Assembly: GCA_030248215.1 (NCBI GenBank)
Contig: JASANG010003711.1
Location: 248,001 to 312,000 of the forward strand
DNA: 64,000 nucleotides
DNA from: Enoplolaimus lenunculus
Lineage: Eukaryota
Direction of reading: 5' to 3'
Position numbers and translations under genes: made by a program. How positions within the stretch are numbered: the stretch's first letter is position 1; each line of letters starts with the position of its first letter. The notes beneath the pieces were generated by a model. It saw only the letters and a list, made by a program, of their open reading frames with translations, did not search any database and was not told the DNA's origin. Positions 52,649-64,000 of this stretch are shown here, piece by piece.

Positions 52649-55600
52649 TGTAAGCTTTTCGCTACAATGGCTCAATTTACGGTGAGTTTGGTTCTACAAA
52701 ATACGTATGTTAATACGCCGCGAATCCGTCTGTAGCTGGAGAGCGTCTCTCACAATTCCCAACCGGTACTGCTAAGTAATTTTAGTTAAGCAGTATCATG
52801 AGCGAGCCACAGTGTCTCGCGAAGCATTTGAAGTTGTGCAGTCGGGAGTCGAAAGGTGGACGTACGCCCATCCGTCTGCCTGTTCGGACCGCTGAACGGA
52901 TTTTGATAAATTTTTTTAAAATCTTATCATTGGGACGCTGCCGAACCACCAATGAGGCGCGCCACATAAAGTTGAGCGTAAATTTTACTTCCAAATCCTG
53001 ATGCAATGTGTTGGTTTCAAAATGTGAGAGTGGCTGACACACCGCCGCATTTCTTGAATCGCTTTTGGTGCAAAAGTGCAGTTTCTGTTATTGGTTCCTA
53101 TTTATCTTATATATTCAAGCTTAATGTTTATGTTTCGTGCGATGTTCTATAATCAAATCCTCAAATTCATATTCTACCCCCCACCTTAACGTGAATCTAT
53201 GTCAGCATTTTTCACAAACACGTATTTTTATGTCTGTCAGTCAAGCTTAAATCAACTAAAAAGCATATATATCTACTGTTTTCAAAGAAATACATACTTT
53301 AATTTTCACATTTTAACAAATTTTGTAAAATGTGAAAATGTGTGACTGCGCAAAACTGAAAAGCCAAATTCGTTTAATTAAAACTCACAAATATTTGCGA
53401 AAGTTTTAAAATTTCAATTTGGAAAAATATAAATTTTCTGTATTAAATATAAATCTTTAACCTACTGACACTGAAAAATAAAACCAACCCAATCTGTGTG
53501 CGAGTGTACGCAGTTGTAAATGTTTCAGCGCAGTACGAAAAAAATATATGCAACTGTTTTGTTTTTAGTTTTGATTCATCGCTTTCATTTTTGATAAAAT
53601 CTACAACTTTTATGCGAGTTTTTATTATTTTTGAGGCAAATTGGAGAATCTTCCGCCACTACGTCATGTAGTCGACACGAAAATCAGTTTCTGTGTTGAG
53701 TATTTTTTACACCGTGGACTTTTAACACACGAAGTAAAAGTTGTTTTGCCGGCTTCTGTTTCCAACACTTTCCCTAGTAAAACTTACTAGTCTGCCAGCT
53801 TTGCGCAATGCGCAAACGTTAGCGAAAGCATAAAAATTTCCATGCAAATTTTCTTTTCATAGAACAATCACGTGTATTTCCTAACAAATTATTGTAAACA
53901 AAGTAATGCTGGAAAGTTGCCCAAAATAACGTATCGGGGGGCTGTGAATAGTTCGTGATTTCGGCAACGGTTTGAAACCACCAACTCCGCGTTCAGGTCC
54001 GTATTCCAATGACGCTTATATCGCTCTGATTCAATAAATGCAGTCGTTTTCCTTTAAGTTCTAAGAGAGACTAGGCGGAGCCGGGGACTCCCTTAAGGTG
54101 TGGATTTAGGTTTGGTTTTAGGTTTGTTTCAGTTTTTAGGTTGAAATATATTTGAGTGTAGCACAGCCACCTACAGGGGCGTTCCAGCTTTAATATATAG
54201 ATTAAACTTTATAAGAATATAAGGCTGACCTCAAACGTAAGTCAACATTGTGGATTAATTATAACAATGAGTTTAAGCGAAAGACGAAGCCAAATTTTAA
54301 ACATAAAGTTATGCAAAAGTTGGGAAATTTCACAAAAATCGTTGGAAGATAGTGCACAAGAGAAATATTGGCTTCTGAGAAAGACGTAATTTTAAGGTTT
54401 TGCAAAGGATTGCGGTAAATAGAATTTAGGTATGATTCAAGGACATCCTAATTTAATAGTAACAACAAATCGCGTCAAAATTGTTTAATGTGACGACATT
54501 ATGTGAAATTAAATATATATTTATTGCTGTTCGCAATTCATATAGGCGACCAATCAATTTTATGTGAAGATGTAAGGATTTAATTTGCTGACAAATATTA
54601 GAAACAACCGCTAAACTTTTATTAATCAGTTATTCACTTAACAGGAACCTAAAAACATTTCAACAATTTGTATGAATTAAACCTTAACCTTGCACGCATT
54701 ATCATTTCATCAGGGTGTATCGAATAGTAAAAATAACGGGAACGTATAGCATGTAACGGAAAACGGATATTGAAGTATAATCATATCAAAAATGTTTTGC
54801 TTTTCAGCCAACACAATTGAGGCATGGAAATATTCACCTGACGTTCTAAAATGTTAAAGAAAACAGCGGATGCATCGAAATTTTTTAAAATATTAAATAA
54901 ATTTCGTAACTTTTATTTCATATCGAACAATTGCAGCATATCTGCAATAAAGAATTGTAAGTTATATACGTGATTTATAACTTACGCATAAAAATAACAG
55001 AATTTCCGATATTTCTAGAACAGAACCGGAAATGGACGCGAATTTATACAGGAAACTAAAACGGATATCCGGTAACACCGTGCACTTCAAGTATTCTGTA
55101 TTATAAGGTTCCATTTTATTTTAAAAATGGGGACTTGATTTTGGTTCAAATTCCATTGATGATACTGCTAGACATGTGCTTGGAATTTGTATACATACAG
55201 ATTCAGTTGCTAGTATTAAACTCAGCTATGCAATCATATGTTTTTAAAATATGTATATATAACCCGATACCTGATTAACCTCAAAATTCCTGCAAAAATT
55301 TGAACGAAATATTGACAAGAGCATTAGGCACAGGGAACAGTTTGTAAGCTTTAATATTCTTGCACGTAAACTTTAATTATGATTTAATATTTGACAATTT
55401 TAGGTTATACTTTCCGTTGTGTTGGTTCGCATTTAATGAAAACAATATGACATTTGTTCACAAAATATCTTAAAGCAGTGCAAGGTGTACGCGTGCTATA
55501 TATTTCTATCGAAGGCTATCATCAGCAGTGGAAACCTATTCCATGATTGCAGTTATAAATTCAAATAGATTTCTTTCTATAATAATTCTGCAAAATGCCA

Positions 55601-55858
55601 AACTAAACGTTTGAAATTATAAACCCAAGAAGCGGCAGCTTAACAAAACCTAACTTATGTTGCAAGTACAATTATGCAAAAAGACCCATGTTAACTAGGT
55701 ATAGCGGCCTACACACTGGGAGACTGTGACACTGGGAACTGCGACATTGGGACTCTGAGCGACTGATAAACTGGGCACTATGCCCCTGGAAGACTGGAAA
55801 ATGGCCAGCAGGCCTTATAGTTCACATGGTCCACAAAAGTAAACAATTTTAGGTAATC

Positions 55859-58649
55859 ATGGCAAGCGTTCGATGTGAAATAATTTTCATATTAATACTT
55901 ACTTATTTTAAATTAGTCGACAGCGTAAGCTATACAACGTTACCTCAGTCGTGGAATAATATTAAATGGTTGCTGGGCCAATGGTATTCGGATTACGATG
56001 GAAAAGTCCGTTGGCCTCAACTGCCAAGTGTTACGTACGGCGAGTACATCGAATTTGTACCAGCTGAAATATCGATTGAAAGCGGTGTTGCATTGATTAA
56101 AGTTACGTAAGTAACTGCGCTGTTCGTTTACGGAACAGACCGAAAATGGGGCAGCGGAGCCACGCATCGCTCAATTATATTTTTGCTCTCGTCTCAGGTT
56201 AACTCATTTTAAAAAGCGCAAGCTAAACTATTTGTATCATATGAATCGACTTTTTAGATTAACCAAACTATTAACTTATAGGTTACACTTAAATTGATTT
56301 TAAATCTTATCTACATGTTTATAGTTTAAGCTAAAGTTAGAAATGAATTTCGAGAAAAAACCGATACAATAGATTTTTGAAAAGGTTTCTTTAAGATCCG
56401 CATTTAAATAAAATATTCATGCGGAAACGGTTAAAATGCACTTTGGTAAATAGCAAACATGTTCCGAAATGCTTGTGAGTAGCAACCGATTCAAAATTTC
56501 AGGTCGTACTCATGGTCGCATTCAACCAAAGATCGGCTACTTGATACTCAAGGCTACTTGTATGTTGAGAAAGGCGGCAAAGCAACCCTGATAACAACTA
56601 TGAATAACGGTTAGAATTTAACTTTCTAAAGCCCTATTCGCACGACCAGGTCTTTACAATCCGAACTCGCAGTTGCAACTTGAACCAACAACTTCATGCT
56701 TCAAGTATTTGTAAAGAAATTATTTTCATTCTAAATTTTGACATAAAATCAAATGAATAATTTGCAGACGATTGCAAAATATAAATATCAAACGTAACCT
56801 ATATTATCATCAGTCCAGCCAATGAACATAAAATATTTCGGTTTGCAACGTTGTTCCAACATGTTAACGAACTTCTTTCTTATATTCATCAAGAATAAAT
56901 TGCTGCTGCAAGTTCTGCAGACGAATTTTTGAACAAAACTTGCAGCAACGAGTTGGTCGTAAAACCATTCACGCGTGAACATGGCTTTGCTCGAAATGTC
57001 CTGATTTTAAAACGCTATCAAATCCGACAATTTCTATCTCGAGCTCACTAGACGCAAAACAAGTACAGTCATCATAGCAGAAGCTTGTAAACAAATTTAA
57101 AATTTGAAATCCATCAGGTTCCTCGCATTCGTGAAGTACTCGACGGCAACGCTTCAGAATGAACAATTAAAGTTCGGATGCATGAAATTCAAGTGACTTG
57201 CAAATGTGTTCGAAACTGCGAATTAAATTTAGCAGCATGAATTCAAGTGAATTATTTGCAGCGGAGCAAATCTCACAGCTGTTTAGCGGCCGAACTTGGA
57301 TATACAACTTACATGAGTGAATAGGATTTAACTGTTTCAATTGTGAAAGGGGGCACAAAAGCATGGATGCGTAGGTGCTAAAATTCTATGAATCAACGTA
57401 AAATGTATTGAAATGCTGTAGCCTTAAGCACTCTAAACTTTTTGTGCAGTATGCCCCACCCACCCAAAGATAACTTTAATATTATTTTGAAATCGATCAT
57501 ATTAAGATCTTTTACTGAGGTAAGTCTTAACTGAATCAAAAACATTACGACTCTCGGCGGCTGTTAATTTGAGTCCAGAAAGCGCATGCCAAGAGTAGTA
57601 TATGTTTTTTAAAACAGTGGACACTACTGGCTTCGTTTAATCTCCCGCCCGATCGCTCAATTCTGACCTGAGTATAGACATTTTTGAAGATTAATCTACT
57701 CTACATCAAAGGCCACAGCGCATTCGCTTAAGAAACCCAATAATATATACAAAAAGTAGCCACCGTCTTGTGTTTCAGGATTCAGTACAATGGAAACTGG
57801 TAATGCAACTTATGCTTTGCTGAAAGTGCGTGCCAAAGAACTGGCTCGAATTAATATTGCACGTCAAATACCGGTAGAAGACGTGAGTGTTGGTTTATGT
57901 TTATTAATAATAGATTCTATAAAGTAAATTTCGTTGAATTCGCATACCTGAACATTAATTGGAAGAATTCATACTGTAGTGACCCGAATAAGAGGGGAGT
58001 AATAAGGCGGAGCATTTTTAGTCCTAATCAACAATAGAAGCCCAATTGGAATTTGGAAAATTTTGCATATTTAATCTTTTTCGTGACCTCCTCTAAGCAT
58101 TCCACGCCTATATTTGAATTTTAGAAAAATTCGACCTTCTAAAGTGCCGATTCTCAGCTCACAGCTAGAGACCCAGAAATATTTTTTGGTTAAAAAGTTA
58201 GACAAACTACCGCTGTTCAAAATACCTAGTAAATTAGTGCTTATTGATAAAACGTGTATATATAAGGTGACGAAAACAACATTTTCTTTTTGCTTTAACG
58301 GTACTCTAGACACGAATGTATGGCATTCCAGCTTTAATAATATATGTGCCGGAAAAGGTTAACTCCGAAAACGAGGTTAAATGGTTTTCAGCTTGAGCGT
58401 GAATTTCGACTGATTAATAACGAATACATGGAACAGTTGATCACAATGCGAACGGCTGAAAAACCAGCTAGCGGATTGCTAGAACACGCACGAATTTTAT
58501 ATAAAAAGATCATTGGTCCACCGCCTACTCCAACTACACCTGCACCTGCGCCAATTGTAGCCCCAGCACTAAGTGAAGACGCAGAAGCATCAGCGGAAGA
58601 ATCACTGGAAAATGCTGAAGAAAATCCGCGTCCTATTTACGAATATTAG
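55859..58649 (+). CDS. Nitrobindin / THAP4-like heme-binding beta-barrel protein with a putative signal peptide and Pro/acidic tail, about 238 aa, 4 exons
   Basis: Exons 55859-56106, 56503-56609, 57779-57882 and 58392-58649 are GT-AG with consistent phases (717 nt). Motifs WLLGQW..GKVRWP..YGEYIEF, GYL, NGFSTMETG, LARINIAR, REFRL..MEQLITM and EHARILYKK align by eye to the nitrobindin fold, including the heme-ligand His. TTTTAG acceptor ends 6 nt before the ATG. AATAAA lies at about 58981. Confidence 0.88.
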
Positions 58650-58657
58650 AATAAGAA

Positions 58658-58909
58658 CACTATAAATTTCAGTGAGTTGATTTTAACTCAGAATGAGTTG
58701 AATCACTCAATCTGAGTTAGGACTATCAGAACTCAGAATTTTTAGTTGATTCAATTTATTCTGAGTTAATTAACCAACGCACCGAGAGTAAACTCAACTC
58801 GTAGTGAGAATCAACTCAATTCAGTGTGAGTTAATGTTTACTGATATTAATTCAGAAATAATCAACTCGCTAGCTGAATTAATTAATCAACTCATTGGAA
58901 TTTACAGTG
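58658..58909. mobile_element. CACTA-like MITE in the 3' UTR of the nitrobindin gene
   Basis: CACTATAAATTTCAGTGAGTTGATT ... AATCAACTCATTGGAATTTACAGTG; 2-bp TSD AA; internal TGAGTT/AACTCA motifs. Confidence 0.75.
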
Positions 58910-60769
58910 AAATTTATAAAATTTTTTATTTTAGTTAAATTGTATTGTTTATTAAAATCGAGTTTATAAGTCTTATAGAAAATAAAGAGCTGTCTTCTCT
59001 CAGCTGTGTGTTGCATCCATTGTCAGTTGGCGATAGGTTTCCAATCAAATGAACTGTCGAAGCAAGTCATTTTTTAAAACCTGTAATGAAGTAGTGAAAA
59101 TCAAATGCGAAATATGTTTAATAAATTTGAAAGTTTTCCATATTTAGTTTCATTTTGTCTATAAGTGCATTAGAAAATTTCAGACAAAAACGTTAACCGC
59201 TACGTGAGAGTCGTTCGTAATGCGAGATCATGCAAAGATCAGGGGCGGAACGTTTTTGTGTGGGACTGCAATAGAATAAGTTTTAGACTATTTTTAGTTT
59301 AAGCTTATGCTTAGGAATATGCTTATGTAAACTGTTTGTTACGGGCCTGTTCTATACATTGGCCGTATGCGCAAGCAACGGAGAATCCAGAAATTTTTGA
59401 CAAGAAAGTGAGTATAGTCAAGCCAAACACGCAGTACCACAGGAAATGTCGCCGATACCAACCCTTGTGTCAAACAGGCTTCACTAGTCGGAATATATGT
59501 TATTGTCTTTGTAACCGATCGTCAATATTCTGTCTCCGAATGTGCAACTGTATCTGCTGTAGCTTCAAAAAGCTGCACAGCACATGCGTAAAGCTGGGGG
59601 CAACCGGATGTGAGAAATACCGCAGCCGATGCCGGAGCTGCAGGGCAACAAAATAACAAAATTTGCCGGAGTCGCAGGTGAGGCGAAAATCGGTTTCCAA
59701 AATGATGTTCTATATAATTTGCTATTAATTATAGTAAATATCTGTAGTGTTCTTTATATCTTTTGGTTTCAGGCTTACTTTTTCACAGATGTCGGAATTT
59801 TTCTTTAAAATTGTTCCAAAACTTACAACGACAGGAACCGGGCAAAAAACTTTGTAAAACTATGCGAAACTTCACTATCAAAATTGCAAGACACCCCGGC
59901 AGAAATTCTACTGGAGCCAGAAACGAATTTCTGCCGAAACCGGAAGCCGACCTCCGATTGAACTCAGGTATAAGGGCCTTTTATGTTGCATTTGTCCAAT
60001 CTGGTCTTTGTTGATCAGTGTTTATTTACCAAAAATCGCAGACACTTTTTTATAAAGTCAGAAGTGAATGTTTTTCGCCAAATAATATGTTCTCTAGATT
60101 TGGAAAAAAGCAAAATTATTGTTTACAGGTTGGTCGACGCAAAAAACCATATGCTTTGTATCATAAACTGTATTGCTTGACTACAAGAGGTGCATTATTT
60201 TAGGAATTTTGTTAGATTTGCAATAACCCGGGTCAACACAACAAAGTGTGAATTTGGTAATAAATAGTTCAGATTTTGTTTTTTGTTTCGTAGCGGTAGA
60301 AACGAGACGTTTTAAGAGTAAAAGCAATGTAAAGATCTTTTTCTGCATTACAATCTGTCTGGCTGATGCGTTTTTTGTTTGTAGGTTCTGAGACACGGCT
60401 TTTGTTAAACTATTTGGCCTATCCCGTGTACAGAACAGGGCCGGAACGGTTTCCAGTGGTGCTGTGATAGAGTCAGCTTAACCTTTAGTCTATTAATTTT
60501 TTGCCTAGGCTAAGACTTGCGCTTAGGCTTAATAGGCTTAGGAGTAGACACGTCCTTTACGCTTCGGCTTGTACTTAGGCTTAGGTTTAGGCTCTAGGAA
60601 TATGCCTATACTACTGTTCCGGCCCTGTTCTATACGTGGTCCAACTATTGGACGCTTATACTTTTATGTATATATATACGAATATTGTATATTGATGGGA
60701 TAACTGGAAACTACCTACCTAGTATCTAGCGTAACAATTCTATATTTGTCGTGTGCTATGGTAAATTGT

Positions 60770-61787
60770 ACTAGGTAAAAGTGCCCCTAGAAGGGACAGA
60801 TTGTGATATGTTTCGCTTGAAGCATGTAAAAGAGTTTAAACAAGGGTTAGTTAGACCATAGATCAGTAGGTAATGCTTATAATATTAGCTCCATAACTTC
60901 TATGAAAATAGTTGTCATCTATACCTTTGACGGCTGTCTTTCAGTGTTAACACGCTTGCGGTCAGTGAAACAAGAAACATATGGGCCCAGCGGACATCAC
61001 CTATCAGCATAATTTTAGCGTTTGTTGGGTTTTACAATGTTCCGTTTATAAGTCATCTATCTAGCATTCTTCATTGGAAGAGAATATTTTTTGAGTTTTA
61101 AAATATTTATGTTTCTAAAACTTGATTAGTAAATATTTCAATATTGCAAGATTACAAATTGCGTCTATTGATTATCGAATAAAAAATGTCACGCATACGT
61201 GCTCGACTATTTTACCTATCTTTACCATGACAATTTGATGATGTGAAGTCGAGAAACTTTTCCAAATTGTGTTCTGTGCCGTGACATATTTAAGATATTC
61301 ATCTAGAAAATACCATTCAAACGTTGAAAAATATTTCAAAGAACATGTTCTGCAGGCGCTCAATTGGGATAACTTTAGAAAGCAACTGACTATTATACGA
61401 AAGGCAAGTCGAGAGTTGTACTTTAGAACGCCTTGAAAACCCATAGTGTCGGTTTATAGCTTAACCGATGAAAGTTTGTTGGGCCCATATGTTTCTTGTT
61501 TCACTGACCGCAAGCGTGTTAACACTGAGAGACAGACGTCAAAGGTATAGATGACAACTATTTTCATAGAAGTTATGGAGCTAATATTATAAGCATTACC
61601 TACACTGCAAAAAATGGTGAGTCAAATTGACTCCCTCCGAAATAGGCTCTACGGGACTACACAAATTGAGTCAAATTAGACTACTGATCTATGGTCTAAC
61701 TAACCCTTGTTTAAACTCTTTTACATGCTTCAAGCGAAACATATCACAATCTGTCCCTTCTAGGGGCACTTTTACCTTTTACCTAGT
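60770..61787. mobile_element. Second copy of the long-TIR element, with a nested MITE fragment in its right TIR
   Basis: Highly similar to 4811-5740; insert at about 61603-61681. Confidence 0.85.
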
Positions 61788-62278
61788 TTCTTTCTTTTAC
61801 ATAGGATACGGTGAGCTTTTATGCTCAGACTACTCCTAAGCGTACGCCTAAGCAAAATATAAGTCTAAAGCGTACACTTGCTCCATTGCAACCCACCAAA
61901 AAGCAGCCTGTTCTAAGCTAATGCATGGGAGGTTATTACAAAATATTACTGTCTAGTTAGAAATTTCAGTAGAACCAACATCGCAAGGACACGTAATCTA
62001 TTGCACGGTGTCATTAGCATCACACAATAATATCGACTAGCTATGGTAATTTCATATTTGTAATACAATTTTTTCGAAAAATTACAAAAATTAAACTTTT
62101 AATAACAACTTAAATGAGACGTTTAGCTGTCCAATTTGTGCATGGTTTATAAGCGGGCTTTCCTGCAGAGAAGATTCTGCAAAACTTTCAAAAAGCGTGC
62201 ATTCTCGATGCTTGAAACATATATTGTAAACTCTATCGTGTTTCAATGATTTACAGTTTGTTATGCGAACAACAAAGC

Positions 62279-62452
62279 CAATGGCGGATCCATGGGGGGG
62301 CCACACCGGCCGTGGCCCCCCAACAGCATCTCGACAAAAATTTATATAGCAATTTTATGACAATAGTTCATGGTTTGTGTGCGGGTCAAAAGTAAGTTTA
62401 TTACCTGTGAAATTTTGGCCCCCCCCATTTTGAGATCCTGGATGCTCCACTG
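62279..62452. mobile_element. hAT-type MITE family A, short deletion derivative
   Basis: Same termini; 8-bp TSD AACAAAGC. Confidence 0.85.
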
Positions 62453-62940
62453 AACAAAGCTTTCTGAAACACCTGCTAAATCGTGGGGGTAATTGCATGC
62501 CACCATGTTGCATTTATTATTGGTACGAGTGACGCGTTTCATTAAGAATTGTAAGGTGCTTAGGCTTACGTTTAGGCTTAGGTTTTAGAAATATGCTTAT
62601 ACTACTGTTCCGGCCCTGTTCTATACATATTACTGTTCTGGCCCTGTTCTATACATGGGCCAACTATTCTATGTTTTTGCTTTTCTGTATATATCACTAT
62701 TGTATATTTATGTGATAACTGGAAACTACGTAGCTAGTATCTAATGTAACAATTCTATATTTGTCGTGAGCTATAGTAAATTAATGCACCGTTTGTTACG
62801 TAAACAATAAAGCTTTCTGAAACACCTGCTGAATCTTGTGGGTAATTGCACGCCATTATGTTGCATCTATTATTGATACGAGTGACGCATTTCATTAAGA
62901 ATTATGAGGTTGTTATGTTAGTGCGAAGTAGTCGAAACAA

Positions 62941-63015
62941 TTGGTCGGGGCTGGATTTAAACCAGCGACTTTTGATTAACGGGGCCAATGCTCTTACCAA
63001 CTGAGCTATCGCGGC
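62941..63015 (-). pseudogene. tRNA-derived sequence (pseudo-tRNA or SINE head)
   Basis: Minus strand GCCGCGA-TAGCTCAGTTGGTAAGAGC (D-arm/A-box) ... GCTGG-TTTAAAT-CCAGC (T-arm); acceptor and anticodon stems are degenerate. Confidence 0.6.
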
Positions 63016-64000
63016 TCTGCTTTAACAGTGGTGCTAGCTAATATATGCGTTGGTTTCGTTTTGTGAGCATAGCCAATCAGCGATCACCATGTCTCAGTAC
63101 CGAGTCGCGTACCACTGCGTCACGCAGCCTTGTGATCCGTCCAACTTAGATTGGAGAGGGAACGCAATATGGTGCTGTGTAATTCGCGTAGAACTATTGG
63201 ACTAGCCGGGTATTTTATCTGGGCCTCCTGCTTGTAAGGCAGACGTTTGAATCGTGACCTTTGTAGAACTGTTAGTAGTTTTTAATTGAGTTGCGGGAAA
63301 AACAGGCGTGTGGGCTGCGGGTGGCAACAAGTCGCAAGCTAAGATGTTTGACGGACGCTCTACCACTAACACATGTAGCCTGAGTCTCAAAGTGATTTTA
63401 TCGTCAATTATGTATGTCAGTAAGTGTGCTGCTGGCATACAGGCATTCTAGTACCAAGCATTTTATATTGCTTGTGCATTAGGGCAAATAATATACGCAA
63501 GTGTATTGTACACTTGCATCGCCCACGTTTAATCAGTGGCCTGTTCTTTTTTACTGTCTATCTAGTTTTGGATTGAATCCCATATACTGTTTTGTTAAAT
63601 TAATTTCTAAGTTCTGTTGCTAAAATGAGTTATTAGATGGTGGTGTTGTCTATATCTGTAAATATGCGCTGATGACTGTAATGTTCCGGAGTGCTGCATT
63701 GCATCAATTAAGGTGAGCATTGAGCATGAAAACAAGGGCCTGCGGTTGGGAACTTGAGAAACTTTCATTTCAAATCCAACATAAATGTGTGTTCAAGGTT
63801 TAAACAACCTCTGATAACTAAGTTGATCTGATGGGCACTGTTTTTGGGCATTGTAGTTCCTTTGATTCTTTTGCGAAAACTGTAACTTTTTGAAATCTTT
63901 CGCTTGTCTTTGCTAAAACTTTTCTAGTTATATATTTGATATATAATTGGTTTGTGATGAACCAATGTAGTCTGTAATTATAGTAGGCACAAGTGAATAC

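Overview
Eukaryotic, AT-rich, intron-containing genomic DNA, not prokaryotic. TTTCAG/TTTTAG acceptors, GTAAGT donors and abundant TTAGGC hexamers suggest a nematode (inference). I assembled four spliced genes by hand with consistent intron phases: a C2H2 zinc-finger protein (+, 14296-21615), a divergent sphingolipid delta(4)-desaturase/C4-hydroxylase (DEGS family; +, 30488-39443), protein phosphatase 1 inhibitor-2 (-, 48592-45617), and a nitrobindin/THAP4-like heme-binding protein with an apparent signal peptide (+, 55859-58649). Introns and intergenic DNA are packed with non-autonomous elements: hAT-type MITEs with 8-bp TSDs, CACT..AGTG MITEs with 2-bp TSDs, a Helentron-associated (HINE/DINE-1-like) element, TTAGGC-carrying MITEs and minisatellites. 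The most striking object is a 615-bp miniature LTR retrotransposon (TRIM) at 23246-23860. It has two identical 254-bp LTRs, a PBS, a purine-rich tract and a 5-bp TSD, and each LTR carries a tRNA-like Pol III cassette. An older copy lies at 49695-50102. All family assignments come from motif recognition, not database searches.
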